A stretch of DNA of 60,608 nt, the filler included, from Candidatus Babelota bacterium (GTDB taxonomy: Bacteria > JAGOBX01): the NCBI GenBank assembly GCA_017999075.1. It is 12 parts of 12 records of this genome, joined end to end, with 100 filler letters (N's around TTAATTAATTAA, not from the genome) between each part and the next. Parts side by side here need not be neighbours in the genome. Positions count along the whole stretch, not along the records: positions 31,190 to 49,107 come from JAGOBX010000014.1; 11 more parts are not named here. One strand, written 5' to 3'. The notes beneath the pieces were generated by a model. It was given only the letters and a program-made list of their open reading frames with translations. It was not told the origin of the DNA and did no database searches. This document shows positions 33,497 to 43,902 of the stretch, one piece after another. Position 1 is the stretch's first letter, and each line of letters opens with the position of its first letter. The position numbers and the translations under genes were made by a program.

Positions 33497-34775
33497 AATA
33501 ATCAAAAGTTTTTTCTCCTATATATACTGTGTCTCCGTTTTTAGCTCCGGCTTTTTTTAATAAATAATTTATATTGTAATTATCCAATATTTTATTGAAT
33601 CTTACCAATCCGTCATCAGTTGAAATATTTATTCTGCTTAATGCTTTTAAAATTCTGTCGCCTGTAATTTCAAAATTATTATTTCCTATATCATGTACTT
33701 TTACAGGTTCTTCTTTTACAAAAAAGTATTCTTTGACATCATCTTTTTTTATTTCAGTATTTAACTCTGCTATTTCAGGTAATTTTAGTAATTCGGAAAT
33801 TGAATAGACTAATTCATTAACTCCGAATCCTGTAACTCCGGATATATAGCAGATTTTCAGGACATTTTTGTTTTTATCAAGATATTTAACAAATTCTTCG
33901 CAAAACTCATGGTATTCATTGTTTACAACATCAATTTTATTTACAACCACAATTTGTTTTCTTGCTCCGAGTTTTTCATCATATTTTATTAATTCCGCAT
34001 TGATTGTGTCAAAATCTTTTATCATATTATCAGAATTGATATCTATCAGATGGATAAATAATTTAGTGCGTTCTATATGACGGAGGAATTTTAATCCGAG
34101 TCCTGATCCCTGATGAGCGTTTTCAATTAATCCTGGAATATCAGCGATTACAAAAGGAGTCATATCGCCTATCTTAACAACTCCAAGATTGGGTTCCAAA
34201 GTAGTAAAAGGATAATCTGCAATTTTTGGTTTAGCTGCGGATATCACTGATAGAAGAGTTGATTTTCCAGCGTTAGGAAGTCCTATTATTGCAGCATCAG
34301 CAAGAAGTTTTAGTTCAAGTATTATATTTTTATGTTCACCAGGCAATCCCAGTTCCGAATAATCCGGAGACCGGTTTGTTGATGACTTGAATACAGCATT
34401 TCCTCTTCCGCCTGAACCTCCGTTAACAACTGTTACTGCCTGAGAATCATCAGTCAAATCAGCAATTATTTCATTTGTTTCTGCATCGCGCAATAATGTG
34501 CCTATTGGAACATATATATATAAATCTTCTCCGCTTTTACCGGTTTTATTTGTTCCTTGTCCATTTTCTCCTGATTCTGCAACATATGTTTTTTTATATT
34601 TGAAGTCAATAAGTGTTTTTTTATTTTTATCGCATTTGAATATTACTGAACCCCCGTATCCTCCATTGCCGCCGTCAGGACCTCCTTTAGGAACAAATTT
34701 TTCTCTGTGAAAACTCGAACATCCATTACCGCCTTTTCCTGCAGTAACGCTGATTTTTGCATAATCAATCAACAT
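33483..34775 (-). CDS. obgE: GTPase ObgE/CgtA
   Basis: True start MLIDYAKI at 34775 with AAAGGA RBS; GGPDGGNGG, GLPNAGKST, YPFTT, DIPG, NKID. Confidence 0.97.
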   Translation of the reverse strand: MLIDYAKISVTAGKGGNGCSSFHREKFVPKGGPDGGNGGYGGSVIFKCDKNKKTLIDFKYKKTYVAESGENGQGTNKTGKSGEDLYIYVPIGTLLRDAETNEIIADLTDDSQAVTVVNGGSGGRGNAVFKSSTNRSPDYSELGLPGEHKNIILELKLLADAAIIGLPNAGKSTLLSVISAAKPKIADYPFTTLEPNLGVVKIGDMTPFVIADIPGLIENAHQGSGLGLKFLRHIERTKLFIHLIDINSDNMIKDFDTINAELIKYDEKLGARKQIVVVNKIDVVNNEYHEFCEEFVKYLDKNKNVLKICYISGVTGFGVNELVYSISELLKLPEIAELNTEIKKDDVKEYFFVKEEPVKVHDIGNNNFEITGDRILKALSRINISTDDGLVRFNKILDNYNINYLLKKAGAKNGDTVYIGEKTFDYYENK

Positions 34776-34786
34776 ATTTTTTCCTT

Positions 34787-34900
34787 TCGCTGCTGAAACA
34801 ACGACAACACACCAAAAATCTTTTATCTCAAAAATATAATGAACATCAGTTATCTTTAGATAAGCAAAATTGTCTGCTGGTTGCACAAACAGCCAACCCC
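34787..34900. repeat. Two GC-richer imperfect palindromes (REP-like) in the ppaC-obgE spacer
   Basis: TCGCTG-CTGAAA-CAACGA (34787-34804) and GTCTGCTGGTT-GCAC-AAACAGCCAAC (34872-34897). Confidence 0.3.
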
Positions 34901-34934
34901 ATATTGCGCTGCAAGCAGGTTTTACTTATTCAAT

Positions 34935-36587
34935 TTAAGAAAATATTCTTGATAATGCCGGAGCAACTTGTTTTTTTCTTGATAAAATGCCTTTTAATTC
35001 AAAAATATTATTTTCTATTTCAGGCCAGGGAAGCAATTTTTTTAATTTAGTATCTGCTGCAACAAATAAGTAGCTTGATTGAGCGGAGATATCGGTTACA
35101 AGCAGACATAGAAAATCAAATTGACCTGATTTAAATTCTGAAAATAATATATTAAATATTTTTTGTTTAAAAGTCAGAACTCTCGACATTCCTACTGTTT
35201 CAATCTGTCCGATTCCTGTTTTATTTCCGTTCATATCAAAAATTTTGAAATCAGACATTACAGTATCTTTAATGTTTTTTTCATTAATTACAGAACCCGC
35301 TTTGAAAAATTCTTCAGCAAATTCAAGATAATTTATATTGGCAATAGAATTCAGCCATTTAATCATTTTTTTATCTATTTCAGTTGTTGTAGGGCTTTTT
35401 AATATAACTGTATCTGACAATATTCCGGCAATCAGCAATTTTGCGATTACGGGAGATGGAGTTATTCCGAAATTTCTGTACTGCATAGATACTATAGTTG
35501 ATGCGCTACCTACAGGAAGATTGATGAAAGTTATAGGTTTGACAGTCTGAAAAGTCGATATTCTATGATGATCGACTATTTCAAGTATTTCAACGTCATT
35601 AATTCCTTCCAGGGTTTGAGTGGGTTCATTATGGTCCACAAGAATTATATTTTTATGATTTTTTCTCAGAAAGGTACTTCTGGTAATTACACCGCTGAGT
35701 TTGCCGTTATCATCAAGCACCATTATGCCTTTCACCTTATCTTTTTCAACAATTTCACGCGCTTCATCAAGAGTTTTTTTATAATATATTGTTTTAAAAT
35801 CAGAAGAATATATATATTTTACGGGGATACATTGTTTAAGCAGAAAAACAATATTTGAAGTGTTGAGTTCGGTTGATATTAAAGTAATGTTTTTTTTTGT
35901 TGCCAGTTTTGTGATTGTCCTTGAAGGCGGACAGTTTTCAGAAAGGATTATCACTTTAGCGTTGTAACTGCATGCGATTCGCTGTAAATCATATCTGTCA
36001 TCGGTTACAATAATTTTAGGAGAAACAGGATTTTTAGTCATCATTTTTTTAAAAGTATCGATTGTTCCGGTGGTTAAGACGATTTCAAAATCGTTATCCT
36101 GCATAATATCATTGCATTGATTTAAAAGTTTGCCTGCTATAACATCTGTAATTGAACTGATGTTAGTTATAATTTTATCTGAACTTAACATTTTAAGCAG
36201 ATTATTTGTGACTATTGACAATGTGAGTAATCCTTCCGGTTTATTTTCTTCATCTATAACAGGAAGATACCTGATTCCGTGTTTTTCGAATTTTTCGAGA
36301 GCGTTATGCAGCGGTTCGTGATTTTTAATGTTTATTACATTGCACAGCATGACTTCATTGACTCTGGTTTTTATATCGGTAAGCATGACAGGAGGTTTAA
36401 CTTTAAATTTGTTTAATATATAACTTGTCTGATAATTTAAAATTCCTGCACGCGCAGGTCTTATATTAGTATATCCCATTTTTCGTTTCAGTTCTGCATA
36501 CGCAATTGCTGACACTATAGAATCAGTGTCAGGGTTTTTGTGCCCTACTACAAAAATGAGTTCATTGAATTTAATGTCTTTTTCCAT
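34935..36587 (-). CDS. ppaC: Mn-dependent family II inorganic pyrophosphatase with CBS-DRTGG-CBS insert
   Basis: GHKNPDTDS, LVDHNE, VDHH, GILSDT..SPTTT, GIGQIE, SRKKQV. Confidence 0.95.
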   Translation of the reverse strand: MEKDIKFNELIFVVGHKNPDTDSIVSAIAYAELKRKMGYTNIRPARAGILNYQTSYILNKFKVKPPVMLTDIKTRVNEVMLCNVINIKNHEPLHNALEKFEKHGIRYLPVIDEENKPEGLLTLSIVTNNLLKMLSSDKIITNISSITDVIAGKLLNQCNDIMQDNDFEIVLTTGTIDTFKKMMTKNPVSPKIIVTDDRYDLQRIACSYNAKVIILSENCPPSRTITKLATKKNITLISTELNTSNIVFLLKQCIPVKYIYSSDFKTIYYKKTLDEAREIVEKDKVKGIMVLDDNGKLSGVITRSTFLRKNHKNIILVDHNEPTQTLEGINDVEILEIVDHHRISTFQTVKPITFINLPVGSASTIVSMQYRNFGITPSPVIAKLLIAGILSDTVILKSPTTTEIDKKMIKWLNSIANINYLEFAEEFFKAGSVINEKNIKDTVMSDFKIFDMNGNKTGIGQIETVGMSRVLTFKQKIFNILFSEFKSGQFDFLCLLVTDISAQSSYLFVAADTKLKKLLPWPEIENNIFELKGILSRKKQVAPALSRIFS

Positions 36588-36621
36588 TTTATAATAAATT
36601 CCTTAGATTTTTAATGGTGAA

Positions 36622-36650
36622 ATTATATGTGCTTGCAGAAAGTTTGTCAA
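36622..36650 (-). promoter_or_regulatory. Consensus sigma70 promoter of ppaC(-obgE-proB)
   Basis: Perfect TTGACA-N17-TATAAT on the minus strand, 35 bp upstream of ppaC. Confidence 0.8.
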
Positions 36651-36658
36651 TATGATTT

Positions 36659-39052
36659 TTAAAATAATACAGATAATTTCTGATATAATATTCCTTTTAT
36701 ATCCCACCTTCCTTTATTTGTCATATTAAAAAACAGTTTATTTGAAATTATAATGCAGAATGAGGGAAATCCTGATTCGAAAGAAATTAGATATTTTTTG
36801 TTGTAATCTGATTTTATAATAACGTTTTTTATTAAATTTCCTATAAGTTCAGTATGTACAAGTTCGATTTTTTTTGAATCAGACCATTCAATTACAGGGG
36901 AATATACATCTGAAATTTTTCTATATTTATTTTTTAATAGCTGGTTTATTTCAATTAAACCATTATTAATTTTAATATTATTTTCTGAAAAATTCCGTAA
37001 AGAAATATTATTTAAATCAATATTATCGTTCGGCGTATCAATTTTTATATTTTGATTTCCGCGTTCGCGTTCGATTTTTCCAACTGATAAACTTTCATAA
37101 TTATAAAATTTTCTCATTAAATATTTTATTTTTTTTTTTATGTTCACAGGCAGAATTTTGAAAAAATTTTTCAATACGGTTTTAGTTCTGAAACTCCCGA
37201 GAACAACCGAATATTTTATTGAAATATTTTCTTTCGATAAATTCGGAATATTTTTAAATTCAGAAAAATTTGATTTTTTTGAAGTCTGTACTGTTTTTAA
37301 TAAGTCCGAACCTATTCCAATTATCCACAATGTTACGCCATTGTTAATGTTAACAGGAAGTATGCTTTTATCAAAATTTATTCCGATACTTTCAGGAATA
37401 CCTCCTGTGTTTTTATTTTGAAACATAATTGCTTTTTTGTAGCAGTACCATGATAGTCTCAAATATTTTTTGTCATTGAAGATTTTGTAAATATCAAAAT
37501 ACATTTCTGCCCAGAGAATAGTATCCCATATTGCCAATCTGGGAGAAAATGAATCAGTCATAGGATCTACAAAACCGGAAAATTTATCTGTAACAGAAAT
37601 ATCGTTTTTCCAATAATGCCATTGAAAAATGTAATAAGATAATTTAGATAATTTGTCTTTATAATCAATTCCGTTATCAATTAATTTAATAATCGTTTTA
37701 ACTGTATAATATGCTGAAACACCGTCATTTTCAGAATATCCTGCATCGCGTAAAAAACCGTAAAAATTAAAATTATAAAAATCGTCTTGAGGCAAAATGC
37801 TTTTAATTGTTTCTTCGGCAAGAGCCAGATATTTTTTGTTTCCGGTAAATTCGAACCATAGAATAAAAGCAAAAGCAGCAGCAGCAGTACCTCCGGTCGT
37901 AATATTTTTTTCTCCTGTAGCGCATTTATAGAATAATTCTTCTTTTGCCGGAACAGAAGGTATTGTGTATGAAAAAGTTTTATTTCTGTTTTGGACATAT
38001 TCAAGCCATTTAATCAGTTCACAGCATAACTCGGTTATTTCAGCGTCATTTTGAAAATTATTTTCAATGCAAAAAAGAAGGATGTATATTAAATCAGAAG
38101 CGATTCCGCCCGGATATCCTGCGAGTCCTGTATTAAACTGAGTATGCGGAAAAATTTTTCCGTAATCATCCAGACCTATTGTGTTATGCGTTATTGAGCA
38201 GCGGATTTCAGGAAGTTCAACCATAACAGTTTTCAATAATTTTTTTAATTGTTTTAAATATACTGAGTTGCTTTCCGGAAATGCGCGTGATAAAAAATAT
38301 AACCTTGAGAATTCGTAAGTCGGAAGACAGTATAAATCTTTATTTAAATTAAATTCAGGATTATCAGGAACGATAAATTCACAGTGAATTTCGTTTTCGG
38401 CATCGTAAATTTTTCTGCTGAACTCAAATGCCAATTTTATTGATTCTGAAATCTCCTGTTCATTAATTATATTTTCATTGATTTTATTGCTGTATGAGAT
38501 GATTTTTTTTTCTATATAATTCCACCATTTTTCAAATGTCAAAATATTGTACGCGCAATAAGCTCCTGTTATTTTTTCATTGAATAATTCTGTTTCATTA
38601 CAATAAACACTGTTTTCAGAATCGCTGTTTAAATTAAATTTAAGAGTTTGTTCCCATAAACCAAGATGAAGATTTTTTTTTGCTTTGTATTCAAATTCGG
38701 AAAATCCGATTTTAACTGAGATTCCAGGATCGTTATATTTTATTCCTATAATCAATAAATTTAAATTTTTTAAGTCAGGAAATTCTATTATTTCGCAATG
38801 ATTTTCAAACTGTATCATAAGAACCGGCAATTTTGAATATGCTGCAGACCTGCAGAAATATCCGTTTTCAAACCAGTTGTCAATTCTGAATGTGGCATAA
38901 TTTTCGCCAAGATATTTTCTGATTTTATTAAGTTCTCTCCATTTGTTTTCAGTAATCAAACTGAAATCAGTTAAATACAAAGAACCAGGTAATATTAAAA
39001 ATTTAGGGGTCTCAGAATATTTTTTGTTAAAAGTTAAATTATCTGTTTTCAT
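36659..39052 (-). CDS. Hypothetical protein, possible (alpha/alpha)6-barrel glycosidase-like core
   Basis: 797 aa; helical hairpin repeats WLEYVQN, FTGNKKYLALAE, IFNDKKYL..FQNKNTGGIPE. Confidence 0.6.
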   Translation of the reverse strand: MKTDNLTFNKKYSETPKFLILPGSLYLTDFSLITENKWRELNKIRKYLGENYATFRIDNWFENGYFCRSAAYSKLPVLMIQFENHCEIIEFPDLKNLNLLIIGIKYNDPGISVKIGFSEFEYKAKKNLHLGLWEQTLKFNLNSDSENSVYCNETELFNEKITGAYCAYNILTFEKWWNYIEKKIISYSNKINENIINEQEISESIKLAFEFSRKIYDAENEIHCEFIVPDNPEFNLNKDLYCLPTYEFSRLYFLSRAFPESNSVYLKQLKKLLKTVMVELPEIRCSITHNTIGLDDYGKIFPHTQFNTGLAGYPGGIASDLIYILLFCIENNFQNDAEITELCCELIKWLEYVQNRNKTFSYTIPSVPAKEELFYKCATGEKNITTGGTAAAAFAFILWFEFTGNKKYLALAEETIKSILPQDDFYNFNFYGFLRDAGYSENDGVSAYYTVKTIIKLIDNGIDYKDKLSKLSYYIFQWHYWKNDISVTDKFSGFVDPMTDSFSPRLAIWDTILWAEMYFDIYKIFNDKKYLRLSWYCYKKAIMFQNKNTGGIPESIGINFDKSILPVNINNGVTLWIIGIGSDLLKTVQTSKKSNFSEFKNIPNLSKENISIKYSVVLGSFRTKTVLKNFFKILPVNIKKKIKYLMRKFYNYESLSVGKIERERGNQNIKIDTPNDNIDLNNISLRNFSENNIKINNGLIEINQLLKNKYRKISDVYSPVIEWSDSKKIELVHTELIGNLIKNVIIKSDYNKKYLISFESGFPSFCIIISNKLFFNMTNKGRWDIKGILYQKLSVLF

Positions 39053-41291
39053 ATTCTATTTTTTTTTTATAATAGTTAATAGTTTCTGAATAATTATATC
39101 CGGAATATTGTAAAATTTCAAGTTCATCAATAAGTTCTTTATATAAATTATTTTTTAAACAGAAATCTATGAAATTATCGGTTTTCCAACCATGTTTTTC
39201 AAAATATTCAAAGAAGTTCGGCGGATAATTATTACAATCTTTTTTATAAAAGTCAATTTTATAAATATAAGTTCCTGATTTATAATATTCAAGTTTGATA
39301 TATTTTTTCCAAAAATTGTTGAAAATTATTTTATCTTTTTCTGACCAGTAAAAAACATTATACATTTTATGTGTTCTTATTGATTCATTATAATTTATCA
39401 ATAAATGTGTTATGTTAAGAAAAATCAGATTGTTTGCGAATTCTGTTTCATTATTCGATTTTTTTAATAATTCTATCAAAGGGGTTTTGTTTCCTTCAAC
39501 AGAATGCCAAAAATGTTTGATTTTTAAATAAAAAGCTCTGCTTTCCCCTATCATCATTATTTTATCGTTTTCTGATAAATTTTCATTACACCATTTCAGA
39601 GCTTTGTAAGGAGGTATGGAATAATAGAATTTTTTTGGCGCGGATAAATATCCGTCAATATTTATTTTTCCTGAAAAGTAATGGTATAGTTCTGCTGAAT
39701 TGAACATTTGAAATTCAATAACTAAAACATTTATTGAAATCAGTAAAAGTAATAATAATTTTACCGGTTTAAATGTTCTGGAAAAAACGTCGAAATTTCT
39801 GCTTAAAATAATGATAAGAAGTATTAATGAAGGAATAAAAAATCTGAATTCCGGCACTGTGAAAAACCAGAATATATATGATACGCAGAAAGCGCCTGAC
39901 AAAATAATTAAATATCTGTCTATTTTTCCGTAAAAAAAGAGGCACGGCAATAAACATAATATCGTTATTCCTCCGAGTTTATCTGACATAGAATTTCCCC
40001 AAAAAAATAATAACATTTTTTTTATATTAAAATCTTCAGTGTTGAATTTGTAAATTACTGAACCTGAATTAATATCAACGTTTTTTAATTGATAATCATT
40101 GGTTATTTTTTGAAAAAACGGATATATCGGGTTTCCGGTTAATAAATAATTTTTTATCAGCCATGGAGCAAATAACAGAAAAAGTATCAGCGCCGCTGCT
40201 GAACTGTATTTTATAAAAGCGGTAAATTTCTTTTTTTTTATGTAAACCGAATAAATAATTAGAAATATTACTAATCCAGATACTGACAACATTGATGTAT
40301 ACTTTATTGTAAAACACAACCCGCAGAAAATTATTGCAATAAGAAAATATTTTAATTCATTTGTGTGCAGATAATTTAATACGGCGCATAAAGCCAGAAT
40401 AAAGTAAAAAGCGAGGGCGGCATCATTTCCGCATGTCCATGAATTAACAGTCAAAATAGGTAAAGATAATATTAGTCCTGCTGCGATATATCCGGTATTT
40501 GAAAATAAAATTTTTTTGCATGAAGAAAAACAAACCGCTGCTCCGCAAAAATACATGAACGAATGAATAAGTTTTGCCGTTATTTCATTGCCTGTTAATA
40601 GAGCAAGGCAGTACAGCATCTGTTGCCCTGAAGGAAAATCGGAATGCATAAGATAATCAATCCGTAATATTTTATGATGTGAAATGTAATAATCGGGAAC
40701 TGCAAGATGATAAACAAGAGAATCATAAAATATTTCAGGACTGATTGACATGATGATTACAAATAATACTGAAGGCAGAATAGATAATGCAATTAAATAT
40801 TGAAAAACTGAAAAGTTTAAGTTGAACTTGAAGTTGAAGTTAAAACCAGTCTTCCATTTTTTTAATTGGTTTTTAAGAAAAAAACAAAAAATTACGATTA
40901 TAATTATTTTGAATAATGCGGAATAATACAGTTTCATAAAACCTGCGGTAAGCATTATATATGATATTAAACCGAATCCTATTCCTGCTGAAAATCCGAA
41001 TTTTTCCAAAAAATTCAGAGTCATTTTAAATTTTGTTAATATTGAAAGACCTATTTTTATACTGATAAACAATATCATTGAAAACCACAGATAAGCTCCT
41101 GTATTTTTGTATAAAATTTTAAAAAAACCAGGAATGTCTGTGATTTTCAGATTGCTGATGAAGAAAAATATTTCGTGGAATAATAAAATATCTTTAAGAA
41201 AAAATGTGATATTGAAAAAGACCCACCAACTAAATAAAACAATAAATATATAAAAAAAAAAATTCGTTAACAAATATTTTTTTGAATACAT
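39039..41291 (-). CDS. Polytopic GT-C-like membrane protein
   Basis: Many TM helices; FYDSLVYHL..P, GND, IKYT, APWLIKN..TGNPIYPF, RFFIP. Confidence 0.75.
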   Translation of the reverse strand: MYSKKYLLTNFFFYIFIVLFSWWVFFNITFFLKDILLFHEIFFFISNLKITDIPGFFKILYKNTGAYLWFSMILFISIKIGLSILTKFKMTLNFLEKFGFSAGIGFGLISYIMLTAGFMKLYYSALFKIIIIVIFCFFLKNQLKKWKTGFNFNFKFNLNFSVFQYLIALSILPSVLFVIIMSISPEIFYDSLVYHLAVPDYYISHHKILRIDYLMHSDFPSGQQMLYCLALLTGNEITAKLIHSFMYFCGAAVCFSSCKKILFSNTGYIAAGLILSLPILTVNSWTCGNDAALAFYFILALCAVLNYLHTNELKYFLIAIIFCGLCFTIKYTSMLSVSGLVIFLIIYSVYIKKKKFTAFIKYSSAAALILFLLFAPWLIKNYLLTGNPIYPFFQKITNDYQLKNVDINSGSVIYKFNTEDFNIKKMLLFFWGNSMSDKLGGITILCLLPCLFFYGKIDRYLIILSGAFCVSYIFWFFTVPEFRFFIPSLILLIIILSRNFDVFSRTFKPVKLLLLLLISINVLVIEFQMFNSAELYHYFSGKINIDGYLSAPKKFYYSIPPYKALKWCNENLSENDKIMMIGESRAFYLKIKHFWHSVEGNKTPLIELLKKSNNETEFANNLIFLNITHLLINYNESIRTHKMYNVFYWSEKDKIIFNNFWKKYIKLEYYKSGTYIYKIDFYKKDCNNYPPNFFEYFEKHGWKTDNFIDFCLKNNLYKELIDELEILQYSGYNYSETINYYKKKIEYENR

Positions 41292-41399
41292 AATGCCAAA
41301 AGTAAAAAACTATTTTATATTTATAAAATTAAATATGAAAAATGCGATAATCATTTTTTGAGATATAAATTTTTTTTGAAATTGACTGATTTGTCCGGA

Positions 41400-42044
41400 T
41401 TAAAATCCGGCAAGTATTTCCGAATTTTTGAAAGTTTGGCATATCTGACTTTTGTCAAGTCCTGCTCCTGCAAGAGTTTTGACGGCAAAATCTATGTCAA
41501 TCAAATCGTCTGGCTGATGAGCATCAGTATTCAGAATAAGTTTTGCGCCGTATTTTAAAGCGTTTTTAGCGACATAACCGTTAGCAAGAGAATGTCCTGA
41601 TCTTGAAGTGATTTCAAGACATATGTTGTTTTTTTTTGCAAGTTTGATTTCGTCTTTATTAATAAATCCCGGGTGAGCCAGTATATCAACATCCCTGCAT
41701 TTTACAGCATTTAAATTAGTTCCTGCAGGAACAGGTTCCACCAATGTTTCACCGTGCACCACTATGATTTCTGCTCCTAATTTTTTGCATTCTTTTGCTA
41801 TTTTAGAAATGTTTTCAGGTATAACATACGTTAATTCTATTCCTGTTAAGACTTTAATTAATTTTTTTTTATTGAATTCTTCAACTGTTTTTTTTATGTT
41901 AGTCAATAAAAATTCAAAATTGCTTTCGTCAGCATGATCTGTAATTGCAGTAGCGCGGTATTTTAATTTTACGCATCTATAAAGTAATTCAGAAGGACTT
42001 AATGCTCCATCACTGAAAAAAGTATGACAATGCATATTTATCAT
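41400..42044 (-). CDS. PHP-domain phosphoesterase (histidinol-phosphatase-like)
   Basis: HCHTFFSDG, AITDH, GIELT, VVHGET, ILAHPG, NTDAH. Confidence 0.9.
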   Translation of the reverse strand: MINMHCHTFFSDGALSPSELLYRCVKLKYRATAITDHADESNFEFLLTNIKKTVEEFNKKKLIKVLTGIELTYVIPENISKIAKECKKLGAEIIVVHGETLVEPVPAGTNLNAVKCRDVDILAHPGFINKDEIKLAKKNNICLEITSRSGHSLANGYVAKNALKYGAKLILNTDAHQPDDLIDIDFAVKTLAGAGLDKSQICQTFKNSEILAGF

Positions 42045-42073
42045 ATCGCAAATCTCCTTGTAAAACCATAAGT

Positions 42074-43705
42074 TTAGAAAGTTAAGATTTTTAATGGATA
42101 TATTTTTGTTCTTGCTAAAAGATTAAAAAATCCGTAGCGTTCATAATCAATCCGGTATATTATTTTACATCCGTTTTTTATGTTAATATTTCCTTTATTA
42201 ATAACTTTTATTTTTTTTCCATTTTCTTTCAAAAAGAAAAAGTTTTCATTTTTGGAAACTAAAGTTAATGTATCGCTTATAAATACGGGAATTTTATTGT
42301 TTGACGAATCAAACGGATAAAAATTATTTATCATATAGGCAAACATTTTTGAAACATCGGCAATGTTCAGATTTATGGGATTTTCCGTATCAATATATTT
42401 TAATAAATTAATTTTTGCTGAAGGTTTTGGGAATTGGACAGTTTCTTTAGGATTAAATAATTTTTGCAAGTCATTAGTTTTTAAATATGAAAACATTTCT
42501 GAGATAGTAAGGAAATCTTTTATTTTAAGAGGGATGGTAAGGCAAGGAAATAATTTGCCTTTTTTTGATTTTTTTAAGTATAAAATTGATGCTCTGAATA
42601 AAATTCTAAAATCGATATTTTGGGAATATTTATTGAATTCATAAAAACATATTCCTGAAAGTTTATACAGATTTTTTTCAATAAAATAAGAAATTCCTGC
42701 ATTTCTGAAAAATATAAGTTTGGCGAATATTTTTGCTGTTGCTTCGGCATCAGCGAGAGCTCGGTGAGCATTTTTAAGAATTATTTTGAATTCATTTGAC
42801 AGAGATGACAAATCAAGCCCAGAGCCAGGTTTGACAGATTGAGATAACGCTCTGGTATCATAAACCTTAGGCTGAAAATTTTGATTAAGATATTTTTTAA
42901 ATCTTGTTCTTATTGCAGAAACATCAAATCCTCCGTTATGAACAACCACATATTCAGGTGACCCTGCGAACTCATGGAATTTCATAATGGCTTCATTTAT
43001 TTTAGGAGCGTCTTTAACCATATCAGGAGTTATATTAGTTAATTCCTGAATACCGAAAGGTATTGTCCGTTCCGGATTTATAAGTGTTTGAAATTTTTCG
43101 GATATAACGCCGTTTTTAATTTTTAAAGCTCCTATTTCAGTAAGTTCGTCGAGTTTTGATAAACCTGTAGCTTCAAGGTCAAATGCTACCATATTTTTAC
43201 CGAACGTTTCGTCAAAACTGTATAGAAGCCCTATTATTAAATTATAAATCATTAAAGCTAATCCTGTTTCAGATATATTCAGTACTGAGATATTATTTGA
43301 AAAAATCAGTTTATTTTTATCGCTTGGAATTTCTTTAAACAATAATTTGAATTTATCAGAAAAATTCAATGTCAAAATATGTCCGTTTTTTTGGTTACTG
43401 ACAGAAATACATTCGGATACTGTGCATTTTAAAAATTCAAACAAACTTTTTAAAACAGGAATTGCAGCAGCAACAGTTTGGGTTTCCGCATATTCTATTG
43501 TTATAACAGAATTTGATTTTATATATTTGTTAATTTCAATAATTAATGATTCGAAATTATTTATTTTGAATGGATTAGATATATTGAAATATTCTGAACT
43601 GAAAAATAGTTCGTAATTGTCTTCAGAAAGATTACCGAATCTTGTTTTTATCAAATTTAATATTATTGATTCAAAAGATTTAGAATGCAAATCAGATAAT
43701 TTCAT
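42074..43705 (-). CDS. DEDDh (DnaQ/PolC-type) 3'-5' exonuclease embedded in a degenerate RecJ-like scaffold
   Basis: Central VAFDLEATGL, EIGA, VVHNGGFD, YDT, AHRALADA; flanks resemble the RecJ N- and C-terminal regions. Confidence 0.8.
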   Translation of the reverse strand: MKLSDLHSKSFESIILNLIKTRFGNLSEDNYELFFSSEYFNISNPFKINNFESLIIEINKYIKSNSVITIEYAETQTVAAAIPVLKSLFEFLKCTVSECISVSNQKNGHILTLNFSDKFKLLFKEIPSDKNKLIFSNNISVLNISETGLALMIYNLIIGLLYSFDETFGKNMVAFDLEATGLSKLDELTEIGALKIKNGVISEKFQTLINPERTIPFGIQELTNITPDMVKDAPKINEAIMKFHEFAGSPEYVVVHNGGFDVSAIRTRFKKYLNQNFQPKVYDTRALSQSVKPGSGLDLSSLSNEFKIILKNAHRALADAEATAKIFAKLIFFRNAGISYFIEKNLYKLSGICFYEFNKYSQNIDFRILFRASILYLKKSKKGKLFPCLTIPLKIKDFLTISEMFSYLKTNDLQKLFNPKETVQFPKPSAKINLLKYIDTENPINLNIADVSKMFAYMINNFYPFDSSNNKIPVFISDTLTLVSKNENFFFLKENGKKIKVINKGNINIKNGCKIIYRIDYERYGFFNLLARTKIYPLKILTF

Positions 43706-43902
43706 TTTAATATTTTAACCTCAGTTTATAAATCGGATATATTATTTACGGGTTAAATAATATTAGTTTACTTATTAAAAAAAAAATTAAAAATTATATA
43801 TTTTTATTGATAATACTATTCCGCACTGCATAAATCAAGACTTTTAATAAAAAATTAATAAAATTTGACAATAGCAGATATATCATTATATTATTAAAAA
43901 CT

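Noticed and set aside
34776-34886. 37-aa N-terminal extension of ObgE in the ORF track
   Set aside because: Obg homology and a good RBS begin at ATG 34775; the extension is an over-called GTG start.
41400-43705. Split PolC or anti-phage PHP/exonuclease defence module
   Set aside because: No polymerase domain or ATPase partner is present, and the PHP looks like the common stand-alone histidinol-phosphatase-like family.
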